Shown one piece after another: positions 51,955-61,580 of a stretch of DNA of 64,000 nt. Each line of letters begins with the position of its first letter. The first letter of the stretch is position 1. The stretch covers positions 32,001 to 96,000 of the forward strand of contig CAVSNY010000003.1 in the NCBI GenBank assembly GCA_963729605.1, given 5' to 3'. A program made the position numbers and the translations under genes. This DNA comes from an uncultured Gammaproteobacteria bacterium (GTDB lineage: Bacteria; Pseudomonadota; Gammaproteobacteria; DRLM01). The notes under the pieces are model-generated. The model saw only the letters and a list, made by a program, of their open reading frames with translations. It was not told the DNA's origin and searched no databases.

Positions 51955-52030
51955 TATAAAATTTTCTCACGCGCCCATGGTGGTGAGCTTAATCAAGGTG
52001 GGGGCTGGTTTATGTTAACAGGGTCCCACT

Positions 52031-52807
52031 TCAGCCGTTCCAGTGGTCTTTCCATTCGCGGACGGTGGCGAAGGTCTCCACCCCCGGCCGGCGCGGCCGG
52101 CCGGCGTGGCGGGACGCGGCGGCCGTGACGACAGGCATGTCGCAACGGAGAAAGGGGTTGGTGTCCTTCTCCAGTTCCAGGGTCGCCGGCACGGTGGGCA
52201 GGCCGCGGCGGCGCAAGTCTTCGGTCGTTTCATAACGGGCCTGGAGGGCCCGGTTGTCCGGTTCCACCGCCAGGGCGAAGCGTAGGTTACCCAAGGTGTA
52301 TTCGTGAGCGCAATAGACCAGGGTGTCCGCCGGCAGGGCCGCGAGTTTTTGCAGGGAGGCGTGCATCTGCGCGGCCGTGCCTTCGAACAGCCGCCCGCAG
52401 CCGCCGGCGAACAGGGTGTCGCCGCAAAACAGCAGGCCGCCGCCATGATAGGCGATGTGACCGGCGGTGTGGCCGGGCACGTCGCTGACGCCGAAGACGG
52501 GCAGGCCGGGCAGGGAAACGGTATCGCCTTCGCGCAAGGCATGGGTGAGGTGCGGGATGCGCTCGCCCGCCGGCCCATAGACCGTGAGCGGATAACGGGC
52601 GCACAAGGCCTCGACGCCGCCGACGTGATCGCTGTGATGATGGGTGATCAGCAGGGTGGTGGGGACGAGGCTGCGCCGGGCCAGCACTTGCAGCACCGGC
52701 CCGGCGTCGCCGGGATCGACGATGGCCACCGCGGGTGATGCGCCTTCCCCCACGACCAGCCAGATGTAATTGTCCCGGAAGGCCGGGATCGCCTGTACTT
52801 CAACCAT
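52031..52807 (-). CDS. gloB: Hydroxyacylglutathione hydrolase (glyoxalase II)
   Basis: IPAFRDNYIW, THHHSDHVGG, PGHTAGH, FCGDTLF, CAHEYT. Confidence 0.95.
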   Translation of the reverse strand: MVEVQAIPAFRDNYIWLVVGEGASPAVAIVDPGDAGPVLQVLARRSLVPTTLLITHHHSDHVGGVEALCARYPLTVYGPAGERIPHLTHALREGDTVSLPGLPVFGVSDVPGHTAGHIAYHGGGLLFCGDTLFAGGCGRLFEGTAAQMHASLQKLAALPADTLVYCAHEYTLGNLRFALAVEPDNRALQARYETTEDLRRRGLPTVPATLELEKDTNPFLRCDMPVVTAAASRHAGRPRRPGVETFATVREWKDHWNG

Positions 52808-52924
52808 GGACGGATGCTGACAGTCTTGCCGGAAACGGTCAACGTCGGAGGGCCGCGCGATGGGTGGTGTCCGCGCCCGTAGGCCGGTATGCTGTATCAG
52901 ATTTTTCAGAGAGATGGCTGCGTG

Positions 52925-53701
52925 ATGGATGGACGATACGTCTGCTCCGACGACAACGGCGAGCGCCACGCGCTGCGGGCGTGGTTCGCCAGCGGTTTGG
53001 GCGCGAACCTGCTGGAACAGGAACGCGCGGTCCTCGACGATCTGCTGCAGGATTTGTTCGGTTACTATCTGTTGCAATTGGGTGTCGCCACCCCGGTCGA
53101 TCTGTTGAGCGCAAGCCGGATCCGGGCGCGGGTGATGATGGACAAAGAGTTGCCGCCGCGGGTGGGCGCGTGCCCGGTGCGGACGCTGACCCACGCCGTG
53201 CCGGTAAGCGCCGACAGCGTCGACGTGGTATTACTGCATCACACCCTGGAGTTCGCCGCCGATCCCCACGCCATCTTGCGCGAGGTGGAGCGGATATTGA
53301 TTCCCGAAGGCCATGTGGTGATCGTCGCCTTCAATCCCTGGAGTTTCTGGGGGCTGTGGCGTTTATTGCGCCGCCGGCGGGGTCGTCCGCCGTGGTGCGG
53401 GCATTTTCTGGGCGTGACGCGCATCAAAGATTGGATGGGTTTGTTGGGTTTCGACACGGTGGAGGTGAGACCGCTGTTTTTCCGGCCGCCGCTGCGCCAC
53501 GAAGGCATGATGCGGCGTATGCGTTTTCTCGATCGGGCGGGGGAGCGCTGGTGGCCGCTGCTGGGCGGCGTTCATGTCGTGGTGGCCAAGAAACGCGTCG
53601 CGACCCTCACGCCCATCAAACCCCGCTGGCTGCGGCCCAAACGGGTCGCCCTGGTCGCGGATGCGGCGGAACCGAGCAGCGGCCGCGTCATCAATGGCTG
53701 A
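52925..53701 (+). CDS. Class I SAM-dependent methyltransferase-like protein (YafS-like)
   Basis: [40 protein letters not shown]; conserved position between gloB and rnhA. Confidence 0.85.
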   Translation: MDGRYVCSDDNGERHALRAWFASGLGANLLEQERAVLDDLLQDLFGYYLLQLGVATPVDLLSASRIRARVMMDKELPPRVGACPVRTLTHAVPVSADSVDVVLLHHTLEFAADPHAILREVERILIPEGHVVIVAFNPWSFWGLWRLLRRRRGRPPWCGHFLGVTRIKDWMGLLGFDTVEVRPLFFRPPLRHEGMMRRMRFLDRAGERWWPLLGGVHVVVAKKRVATLTPIKPRWLRPKRVALVADAAEPSSGRVING

Positions 53702-54134
53702 GGCGGTGGCGATGTTTACCGACGGGGCCTGCCGCGGTAACCCCGGTCCGGGCGGCTGGGGGGTGGTGCTGCGTTTCAAGGGTACGGAGAAAACCTTGTA
53801 TGGCGCCGAACCGCACACCACCAATAACCGCATGGAGTTGATGGCGGCCATCGCCGGTTTGGAGGCCTTGACCCGGCCCTGCGAGGTGGATCTCACCACC
53901 GACTCGCAATACGTGAAGCGCGGGATCACCGAATGGCTGCCCAGCTGGAAAGGGCGCGATTGGAAGACCGCCGACCGCAAGCCGGTGAAGAACGTCGATT
54001 TGTGGCAGCGGCTGGACGCCGCCGCGGCCCGCCACCGGGTGCGCTGGCACTGGGTGCGCGGCCACACCGGCCATCCCGAAAATGAATGGGCCGACGCGCT
54101 AGCCAACCAGGCCATAGATGAGTTACAAAAGTAA
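53694..54134 (+). CDS. rnhA: Ribonuclease HI
   Basis: [37 protein letters not shown]. Confidence 0.96.
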   Translation: MAEAVAMFTDGACRGNPGPGGWGVVLRFKGTEKTLYGAEPHTTNNRMELMAAIAGLEALTRPCEVDLTTDSQYVKRGITEWLPSWKGRDWKTADRKPVKNVDLWQRLDAAAARHRVRWHWVRGHTGHPENEWADALANQAIDELQK

Positions 54135-54194
54135 GTTACGAAAGAACTAAACTAATACAGGCCGTCACGTGAGACGGTCGCCAGGGGAGTGGAC

Positions 54195-54923
54195 ATGAGG
54201 CAGGTGGTGCTGGATACGGAAACGACCGGTTTGGAACCGGCCCAGGGTCACCGCATCATCGAGATCGGCTGCGTGGAGATGATCAATCGGCGCCTGACCG
54301 GGCGGCGCTTTCATCAATATCTGCAACCCGACCGCGAGATCGACGCCGGCGCGATCGAAGTGCATGGCATCACCAATGAAAAGCTGGTCGGCAAGCCGCG
54401 CTTCGCCGAAATAGCCGATGAATTCCTGGCCTTCATCCGCGACGCGGAGCTCATCATCCATAACGCGCCCTTCGACGTGGGCTTCATCAACGCCGAACTC
54501 GTGCGCGCCGGTGAAACATACGGCCAGTTGAGCGGCTATTGCAGCGTGCTCGACACCCTGGTGCAGGCCCGCCGCCTCCACCCCGGCCAGCGCAATAGTT
54601 TGGACGCCTTGTGCAAACGCTATGGCATCGACAACGCCCACCGCGAATTGCATGGCGCCTTGCTCGACGCCGAGATCCTCGCCGACGTGTATCTGGCCAT
54701 GACCGGTGGACAGGCCACCCTGCTGCTGGACGCCGGCCAAGAGACGCATGCCACCGACAGCGCCGGCATCCGTCCGCTGAGCGCGGCACGGGCGCCGTTG
54801 CGGGTGGTGCGGGCCAGCGCGGAAGAACAAGGCGCCCACGCGGCCTACCTGCACTTCATCGCCGGCAAGAGCGGCGGGCCCAGCGTATGGGAAAAGCTGG
54901 AGGCGGCGGGGACGGTACAGTGA
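54195..54923 (+). CDS. dnaQ: DNA polymerase III epsilon subunit
   Basis: VLDTETTG, HNAPFD, HGALLDA, MTGGQ. Confidence 0.96.
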   Translation: MRQVVLDTETTGLEPAQGHRIIEIGCVEMINRRLTGRRFHQYLQPDREIDAGAIEVHGITNEKLVGKPRFAEIADEFLAFIRDAELIIHNAPFDVGFINAELVRAGETYGQLSGYCSVLDTLVQARRLHPGQRNSLDALCKRYGIDNAHRELHGALLDAEILADVYLAMTGGQATLLLDAGQETHATDSAGIRPLSAARAPLRVVRASAEEQGAHAAYLHFIAGKSGGPSVWEKLEAAGTVQ

Positions 54924-55011
54924 GTGACAACGAGATAAAGCGAGCGATTTAAATCGCCGGGTTTAAACAGGTCCGCGGGTGAGGGTGCCGAGTCAAAAAA
55001 GGGGGACGCCA

Positions 55012-56868
55012 ATGAAGAAAACGAGCAATCGCAATACCCAACTGGATGTCGCCGCGCGCCGCGGTGTGTACGCAAGCCTGCTGGTGTTGTGCTGCGCCGC
55101 GCCGCTGCCTGGTCTCGCGGCCGACGACCCCGCCGCGAAGACCTCGCCCGCCGCGCAAACCGCGGTCGATCCGGAACAAGCGCTGAGCTTCGTCAAGGCC
55201 GCCCGCTTCGGTCAGGAGCAGGGCGTGAAAACCTATCTCGATCGCGGCCTGCCGGTGAACGTGAGCGGCGACCGGGGCGATACCGCCTTGATCGCCGCCG
55301 CCGGCGCCGGACATAAAGAGATCGTGCAGACCCTGCTGGCGGCGGGCGCCGACGTGAAACGGCGCAACATCGAAGGCCGCACGGCCTTGATGGCGGCGGC
55401 CTTGCACGGCGATCCGGCCATGGTGAAGTTGTTGCTGGACAACGGCGCCGATGTGCAAGTGAAAGACCCGCAGGGTGAGACGGCCTTGTTCGACGCGGTG
55501 CGTTACGGTCACCTCGCCGCGGTACGGCTGTTGCTGGAGGCGGGGGCCGATCCCAATATTCACAATCAACGCGCGGCCGCCGCCCCCGACAACGGTTACA
55601 CGCCACTGATGTACGCGGCGCGGCGCGGCGTGGCCGGTGCCAATGCCTCGGTACAAAACTGGAACGACATCGTCAAGGCTCTATTGGAAAAGGGCGCCGA
55701 TCCCAACGCCCGCAACAGCCGCGGCGCCACGGCCTTGGCCGTCGCCGGCGACGCCGGTTACCAAGACGCGGTGAAACTGTTATTGGCGGGTGGCGCCAAG
55801 GAGGTGTTCACCTATTCGGGCATGAACATCAACGATGCCTTGCTGGTGTCGGCCAGTAACGGCGACGCGGTCAAGGTGATCGAATCCTTGAACGCCGGCG
55901 CCGATCCGCACGCCGCCTCGCGGGCCGGAGTGATGCCTTTGCTGGCGGCGGCCTACGGCGGCAACGTGGAGGCGGTGCGGGTCTTGGTGGAACGGGGTGC
56001 GCGCGTCAACGCCGAGCCCAACGGTTTCCGGGCCTGGACTTGGACCGGCGCCAAACTCCCGCTGCGGCAGCAGGCGCTGGCGCAATCCGCCTCCATCGGC
56101 GACACGGCTTTGATACTCGCCGCGCGGTTGGGCCACGAAGAGGTGGTGGCCTACCTGCTCGAACACGGCGCCGATCCTGCGCGCGCCAATCCGCACGGCG
56201 ATTCGCCGCTCGCGGTGGCGGCGGAACAAGGCCACGCCAAGATCGTCAGCCTGGTGCTCGCCAAGGGCGTCGATCCCGACGAAGGCCGTCAACGTGTGCC
56301 GTCCTTTTCCGGCGGCGCCCTGGTCGGGCTCAAGACCGAGGAGCACAATACCCCGCTGATGAAGGCCGCGCAGGGCGGACATGTCGCCGCCGTGCGGGTC
56401 TTGCTCGACGCCAAGGCCGATCCGAACATCCGCGGTTTCGCCGGTAAAACCGCCTTGTATTGGGCGGTGGAACGCGGTTACGGCGAGGTGGTGTCCTTGT
56501 TGCTGGAACGCGGCGCCGACGCCGACATCAAAACCAACGCCGGTTTGACGCCGTTGATGGAAGCGGCCAAGAACGGCCGCACGGATATCGTGCAGCCTCT
56601 GCTCGCCAAACAGGCCGACGTCAATGCGCGCGAAGGCGGCGATGTGTTGCCCGGCACCGTGGATACCTCCGGCGGCGCCGGCATGACCGCGTTGATGTTC
56701 GCGGCCATGGGCGGCCACGCCGAGGTGGTGTCGGCGCTGATGAAGGCCGGCGCCGATATTTCGATTCGTAACCGCAACGGCCAGACCGTCTTCGAAGAAG
56801 CGGAAAAGAGCGGCCACGGCGAGATCGCCCGGCAGTTGCGCAGCTGGAATTTCGCCGCGGATAAATAA
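55012..56868 (+). CDS. Exported ankyrin-repeat protein (~15 repeats)
   Basis: N-terminal signal (ARRGVYASLLVLCCAAPLPGLA); repeated G-x-T-[AP]-L-x-x-A-A...LL-x-x-GAD motifs. Confidence 0.88.
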   Translation: MKKTSNRNTQLDVAARRGVYASLLVLCCAAPLPGLAADDPAAKTSPAAQTAVDPEQALSFVKAARFGQEQGVKTYLDRGLPVNVSGDRGDTALIAAAGAGHKEIVQTLLAAGADVKRRNIEGRTALMAAALHGDPAMVKLLLDNGADVQVKDPQGETALFDAVRYGHLAAVRLLLEAGADPNIHNQRAAAAPDNGYTPLMYAARRGVAGANASVQNWNDIVKALLEKGADPNARNSRGATALAVAGDAGYQDAVKLLLAGGAKEVFTYSGMNINDALLVSASNGDAVKVIESLNAGADPHAASRAGVMPLLAAAYGGNVEAVRVLVERGARVNAEPNGFRAWTWTGAKLPLRQQALAQSASIGDTALILAARLGHEEVVAYLLEHGADPARANPHGDSPLAVAAEQGHAKIVSLVLAKGVDPDEGRQRVPSFSGGALVGLKTEEHNTPLMKAAQGGHVAAVRVLLDAKADPNIRGFAGKTALYWAVERGYGEVVSLLLERGADADIKTNAGLTPLMEAAKNGRTDIVQPLLAKQADVNAREGGDVLPGTVDTSGGAGMTALMFAAMGGHAEVVSALMKAGADISIRNRNGQTVFEEAEKSGHGEIARQLRSWNFAADK

Positions 56869-56886
56869 ATCCGTAAAGAACAGTTG

Positions 56887-57005
56887 ACCACGGAAGAGGT
56901 TCACGGAGAAAAACCAGCGGCCTCGCTTGTCGAAGTCACTCGACGGATGAACTCGTCCGGTGCCGCCAGGTCCTGATCCTCTCCGTTCTCCGCGATCTCC
57001 ATGGT
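56887..57005. repeat. Imperfect inverted repeat built from tandem CACGGAG units
   Basis: ACCACGGAAGAGGTTCACGGAGAA (56887-56910) vs TTCTCCGCGATCTCCATGGT (56986-57005). Confidence 0.5.
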
Positions 57006-57078
57006 TTGCATCCGGAGTTTTTAAGGTAAATAGTGTCGCTGCCGCGGCACGGGACATCCATCAGCAAGAAGTGCCATC

Positions 57079-57543
57079 GTGATCAAACGTATTCAAGATT
57101 TTTTCAACAGCCAAATCCAGGCGCGGACCGGCGATGGTCCGCGGGAATCTCAACACAGTTTGCACTTGGCCACCGCGGCGCTGCTGATCGAAGTCACCCG
57201 CGCCGATTTCGCGGTGGATGCCCTTGAGCAGCAAGCGGTGACGCGCGCCGTGCAAAGTTTATTCGGCTTGAGCCGGCAAGAGACCGATGAGCTGATCGCC
57301 TTGGCGGAAGAGGAGGCCAAGCAGTCGGTGTCGCTGTATCAATTCACCGAATTGGTGGATAAACGATTTTCCGCCGAACAGAAAATTCAGATCGTGGAAA
57401 TGATGTGGCGGGTGGCCTTCGCCGATCGCGACAACGATATGCACGAAGAACACCTGGTGAGTAAGGTGGCGGATTTGCTGCATGTGCCGCGCGCCGCGTA
57501 TTTGCGCGCCCGCCATGTGGTGGAGAGCGAAGTCAAAAAATAA
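57079..57543 (+). CDS. TerB-family protein
   Basis: LATAALLIEVTRAD...E...SLYQFT...MWRVAFAD...EEHLVSKVADLL. Confidence 0.85.
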   Translation: MIKRIQDFFNSQIQARTGDGPRESQHSLHLATAALLIEVTRADFAVDALEQQAVTRAVQSLFGLSRQETDELIALAEEEAKQSVSLYQFTELVDKRFSAEQKIQIVEMMWRVAFADRDNDMHEEHLVSKVADLLHVPRAAYLRARHVVESEVKK

Positions 57544-57686
57544 TTCATTGGGTGACCGCCCGCCCCGCCCTCCGCCTGGAGACTCGAACCTGCCTCAAGT
57601 GATCGGTTTGAAGGCGCCCTTGCAGTTTTTCTAGTCGGGTAACCAGGCCTTGTCCGTTCGACATTGAAAAAACTTCCTGGAACACA

Positions 57687-57806
57687 TCCCCTCTTCCGTG
57701 GGCGGGGAGCGCGGCGCGCAGCGAGGTGAGGGAAGCAAAGAAGAGAACGGGATTTTGCGAGTGACGGCGGTCATCCGGGCGCCCTCGCTCGCTTGCGGGA
57801 GAGGGA
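57687..57806. repeat. Degenerate doublet of the CCCTCTCCC/GGGAGAGGG repeat
   Basis: CCCCTCTTCCGTGGGCGGGGAG...GAGGTGAGGG and CCCTCGCTCGC-TT-GCGGGAGAGGG. Confidence 0.55.
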
Positions 57807-57881
57807 AAGGAAGCCTCTGTCGGCTCGAAAGCTTTAATTCCAATTTTGCGCTAGGTTCCAGCCGGCCGCCGTCCACTCACT

Positions 57882-59378
57882 TCACTGTTTCAATTCCGGC
57901 GCCGCGTCCCGTTTGATTTCCTTCAGCCGCGCCTCGATGCGCGAGGCGCGATAGAAATCGTCTTTCTTGGTCACATTGAGCGCCTGGTTGAGATGGTCGA
58001 TGGCGGTTTGGAACTGGCCGCTCGCATAGGCGAACTCGGCGAGGGCCTGTTGTGATTCGATGGGCGCGCCGGCATCGTTCTCGGCCTGGGCCAGCAGTTT
58101 GTACACCAGCGGGCGCGGTTCGCGCGTGCGCAGATAATCCTGCAATAGCTGCCGCGCCGGCACCGGTTGTCCGTTCAGCAGCAGCTCACGGGCGTAGGCG
58201 ACGGTAAGCGGATAATTGCGCGGATAGAGTTTTAGCGTATCTCCATAAATTTTCAGCGCGGTGTCGGAGTCATTTTTGGCCGAGGCCAGTTGGCCTTGCG
58301 CCAGCCGGTATTGAATGCGGTCGGGGTCTTTCTTCAACAGCACTTTGATTTGTTCAGCGGCCTTGCCGTTTTGACTGGCGGCGAGCAGGGCCAGGGCGTA
58401 GCCGTAGCGTTGCGCGTCTTCGTTGACGACGGGCCGGTCGTTAAGTTTATTTTCGAAATAAGCCGCCGCGTTTTGCGGATCTTGAGCGGTGAGCACCCGC
58501 AGCTTGGCGCGGATCAGCTGAAAACTGAGGGAATCGGCAACGGTAACCTTGGGGTATTGTTCGGCGCGGTTGCGGGTGTCGGCGATACGCGCGGTGGTCA
58601 CCGGATGGGTGCGCAGCATTTCCGGCGCGCCGTTTTCATAGAAGCGATTGGCCTGCTGCAATTGCTCGAAGAAGATGGGCATGCTGCGAGGGTCGTAACC
58701 GGCGTCGGCGAGGATTTGCAGTCCGACCCGGTCCGCCTCCAATTCGTGGGTGCGGGTGAAGTTGATGGCCGCTTGTTGGCTGCCGGCGAGAGTGGCCGCC
58801 ATCGCCGCGGTGCCGACCTGGGCGTTTTGTCCGGCGAGGATCAAGGCCGCCATCAGGGCCGCGGTGGCGGGCAAGGCCAAGCGATTGGATTTGTCCACCG
58901 CGCGCAATAAGTGATGTTGAGTGACATGGGCGATTTCATGGGCGAGCACCGAAGCCAGTTCGCTCTCGGTGTCGCTGGCCAGGATCAGGCCGCTGTGCAC
59001 GCCGATGTAGCCGCCCGGTCCGGCGAAGGCGTTGACCGTTTTATTTTCCACCACGAAAAAGGTGAAGGGGTAGGCTTGTTGATCGGCATGGGCCGCCAGC
59101 CGGTAGCCGAGGCTTTGAATGTATTCGTCGGTCTCCGGGTCGTCGGCGATCTTCACCGACTGGCGGAGGCTGCGCATGAATTGCTGACCCAGGCGTTGTT
59201 CTTCCTGAGGCGAAATGATCGAGCCGGCACTGTCGCCGAAATCCGGCAGCACGATGTTGGGATTGGGATCCGCGGCCCAGGCCGGCACGCTGAGCAACAG
59301 CGCGAGGACGCCCCCTTGCAGGCGGGGGCGCCGGATGAGGCGTGGTAGGTGATGGGTAAAATTCATTGTTACAACCAT
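57882..59378 (-). CDS. bepA: Beta-barrel assembly-enhancing protease (M48 plus TPR)
   Basis: Signal peptide, NAFAGPGG, HEIAH zinc motif, ELEADRVG, LRTHP, C-terminal TPRs. Confidence 0.9.
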   Translation of the reverse strand: MVVTMNFTHHLPRLIRRPRLQGGVLALLLSVPAWAADPNPNIVLPDFGDSAGSIISPQEEQRLGQQFMRSLRQSVKIADDPETDEYIQSLGYRLAAHADQQAYPFTFFVVENKTVNAFAGPGGYIGVHSGLILASDTESELASVLAHEIAHVTQHHLLRAVDKSNRLALPATAALMAALILAGQNAQVGTAAMAATLAGSQQAAINFTRTHELEADRVGLQILADAGYDPRSMPIFFEQLQQANRFYENGAPEMLRTHPVTTARIADTRNRAEQYPKVTVADSLSFQLIRAKLRVLTAQDPQNAAAYFENKLNDRPVVNEDAQRYGYALALLAASQNGKAAEQIKVLLKKDPDRIQYRLAQGQLASAKNDSDTALKIYGDTLKLYPRNYPLTVAYARELLLNGQPVPARQLLQDYLRTREPRPLVYKLLAQAENDAGAPIESQQALAEFAYASGQFQTAIDHLNQALNVTKKDDFYRASRIEARLKEIKRDAAPELKQ

Positions 59379-59756
59379 AATCTATCCGCGGGCGGGTTTC
59401 CATCCGCTAGTCATGAATACACGCGGCCATATGACCCGCGCCGGTATGGCCGGTGGCGAAGCGGACGGATGACCGGAATTGTTGATTGCCGAGACCGGAG
59501 GCCAATAATAAGGTTGCCGCCATCGGCGGGACGATGTCCATGCGGCGTCCCGTACGCAAACCCTGGGACAATGGAAACGAACAAAAGGTCCCCGCTCACG
59601 GTCTCCACGTAAACCGTCTCGGCACACAGCGTGCTGTCGCGGTGGTGCGACGATCTCGGCGATCATGCCCATCTGCATGCTCGCGTACGGTCTGCCGAGA
59701 CGAGGGACCGCTGATCGGGGATTCATCCGCCCGTCGAATGATTTATGCGGCGCCGG

Positions 59757-60038
59757 TCAGGGTTCGATTCGAATATCTTTCCAAAACGCAATGTAGTTTT
59801 TAATCTCGCGCGCGGCGGATTTCGGTTCCGGATAATACCAAGCGGCATCGGCGATGAATTGGCCGTTCACCATCATGTCATAATAATTTGCTATGCCCTT
59901 CCAGGGACAAACGCTATGGGTCGCGCTGGATTGTAAATATTTCATATTCACCGCCCGGGGAGGAAAATAATAATTTTCCTCTATCACGATGCAATCATCG
60001 CTTTCGGCCAATACGGTATTTTGAAAAATGGCTTTCAT
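59757..60038 (-). CDS. DUF427 domain protein
   Basis: MKAIFQNTVLAES...NYYFP...CPWKGIANYY...AAWYYPEP...IAFW. Confidence 0.88.
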   Translation of the reverse strand: MKAIFQNTVLAESDDCIVIEENYYFPPRAVNMKYLQSSATHSVCPWKGIANYYDMMVNGQFIADAAWYYPEPKSAAREIKNYIAFWKDIRIEP

Positions 60039-60234
60039 TGCGAGTTTCCTCGAAATTCCGGTCTCGGTCATGCCGGAATTTTCCTTGTGCATTCAAAACG
60101 ATTTTTATGCAACGTGAACGCGGCGGGTTTGTGGTGGTGGACATCGGCGCGGATTTTACGGTGATTTTTGGAAGGCTTGGCCTGGGCAATGGGGAAATGC
60201 CGGCTATATTTAACTGTAGTTAATCACGAAAAGG

Positions 60235-61548
60235 ATGCAAGCGATGGAAACTATCAGCCCCGCCCTTGTGAAACCGCCCCGAAAAAAAGGCTTTTCCCAA
60301 AGCCTGGCCATGGTGAAAAAGCGTTATCCTCAGGTGCGTTTGCAAACCGAGCAATTATGCGCCCCTTTGCAAACCGAGGACTATTGCCTGCAAACCGCGG
60401 AATACGTCAGTCCACCCAAATGGCATCTGGCCCATACCAGCTGGTTTTTCGAGCGATTTATATTGGAGACAAGCCTCGCCTCGTACCGGGTTTTCGATGT
60501 TCAGTACGCGTATTTATTCAACTCTTATTATGAACAAATGGGCGGATTTTATCCGCGCGGCCAACGCGGCTGGCTGTCGCGGCCGAGCGTCGCCGATGTG
60601 TACAAATACCGGGCCCATGTCGATGACGCCATCCTGACCTTGCTGGAGCGCTTGAGCGAGGAACGCGATGAAGCCGTCATCGCGCGCATCGAATTGGGGC
60701 TGCATCACGAACAGCAACATCAGGAATTATTATTGACCGATATCAAGCATAATTTTGCGCTGAATCCCTTGCGTCCTGCTTATCAAGCGGCGCAGCCGTC
60801 GCGGGTGGGAGAGACGGTGACGCTGCAATGGCTGGAACATCCCGGCGGCCTGGCCAGCATCGGCCACGACGGCGAGGGATTTTGCTTCGATAATGAAAGG
60901 CCGCGCCATTCGGTATTCGTGCCGCCTTATCGCCTCGCGTCGCATCCGGTGACCAACGGCGAATACATGGAATTCATCAAGTCGGGCGCTTACGAACGGC
61001 CGCACTATTGGCTCGCCGATGGTTGGCGCATGGCGCGGGATCACGGTTGGCACGCGCCGCTGTATTGGGAACGCATCGAGGGGCAGTGGTGGCAGATGAC
61101 CTTGGCGGGCCTGCGGCCGGTGGCGGAGGCCGAGCCGTTATGCCATGTAAGTTTTTATGAGGCCGATGCCTATGCCCGCTGGGCGGGCAAGCGTTTGCCG
61201 ACCGAAATCGAATGGGAGTTGGCGGCCCGCGAACAAGATATCGCCGGTAATTTCTTGGAGTCCGGACTGTATCGTCCCGCGCCGGCCCATGAGGGAAATG
61301 ACCCGCTCAAACAGATATTCGGCGATGTATGGGAATGGACGCAAAGCCCCTACACCGCTTATCCGGGCTATCGTCCGCCGGCGGGGGCGATCGGCGAATA
61401 CAACGGCAAGTTCATGTGTAATCAAATCGTGATGCGCGGCGGTTCGTGCGCGACACCGCGCAGTCATGTGCGGGCGACTTACCGCAATTTTTTCTATCCC
61501 GCCGACCGTTGGCAATTTAGCGGGATACGCCTTGCCGATGAGTTGTAA
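60235..61548 (+). CDS. egtB: Ergothioneine biosynthesis sulfoxide synthase EgtB
   Basis: SPPKWHLAH and HHEQQHQE iron ligands (DinB domain), FNSYY, FGE-like domain (DNERPRH, RLPTE, GDVWEW, RGGSC). Confidence 0.9.
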   Translation: MQAMETISPALVKPPRKKGFSQSLAMVKKRYPQVRLQTEQLCAPLQTEDYCLQTAEYVSPPKWHLAHTSWFFERFILETSLASYRVFDVQYAYLFNSYYEQMGGFYPRGQRGWLSRPSVADVYKYRAHVDDAILTLLERLSEERDEAVIARIELGLHHEQQHQELLLTDIKHNFALNPLRPAYQAAQPSRVGETVTLQWLEHPGGLASIGHDGEGFCFDNERPRHSVFVPPYRLASHPVTNGEYMEFIKSGAYERPHYWLADGWRMARDHGWHAPLYWERIEGQWWQMTLAGLRPVAEAEPLCHVSFYEADAYARWAGKRLPTEIEWELAAREQDIAGNFLESGLYRPAPAHEGNDPLKQIFGDVWEWTQSPYTAYPGYRPPAGAIGEYNGKFMCNQIVMRGGSCATPRSHVRATYRNFFYPADRWQFSGIRLADEL

Positions 61549-61580
61549 TGAAGTCCTATTGAATAACAAGGAGTGTAGTC

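Noticed and set aside
52808-53194. N-terminal extension of gloB (387-aa ORF)
   Set aside because: It overlaps the divergent methyltransferase gene; GloB homology begins at the ATG at 52807
57565-57625. Minus-strand CTTCAAA...GGCAGGTTCGAGTC, resembling a tRNA-Sec anticodon loop and T-arm
   Set aside because: The anticodon stem, T-stem and acceptor stem do not pair and there is no CCA; at most a decayed remnant
59462-59733. Calling the structured element a retron, 6S RNA, SRP RNA or group II intron domain V
   Set aside because: No RT gene in the window and no clear branching G; the SRP GGAA loop motif and the domain V AGC/CGC triad stem are absent; no match to 6S was recognisable. Kept only as an unassigned structure
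60235-61548. Selenoneine synthase (SenA) or ovothiol synthase (OvoA) assignment
   Set aside because: No selD/senB neighbours and no C-terminal methyltransferase domain; pairing with egtD supports EgtB
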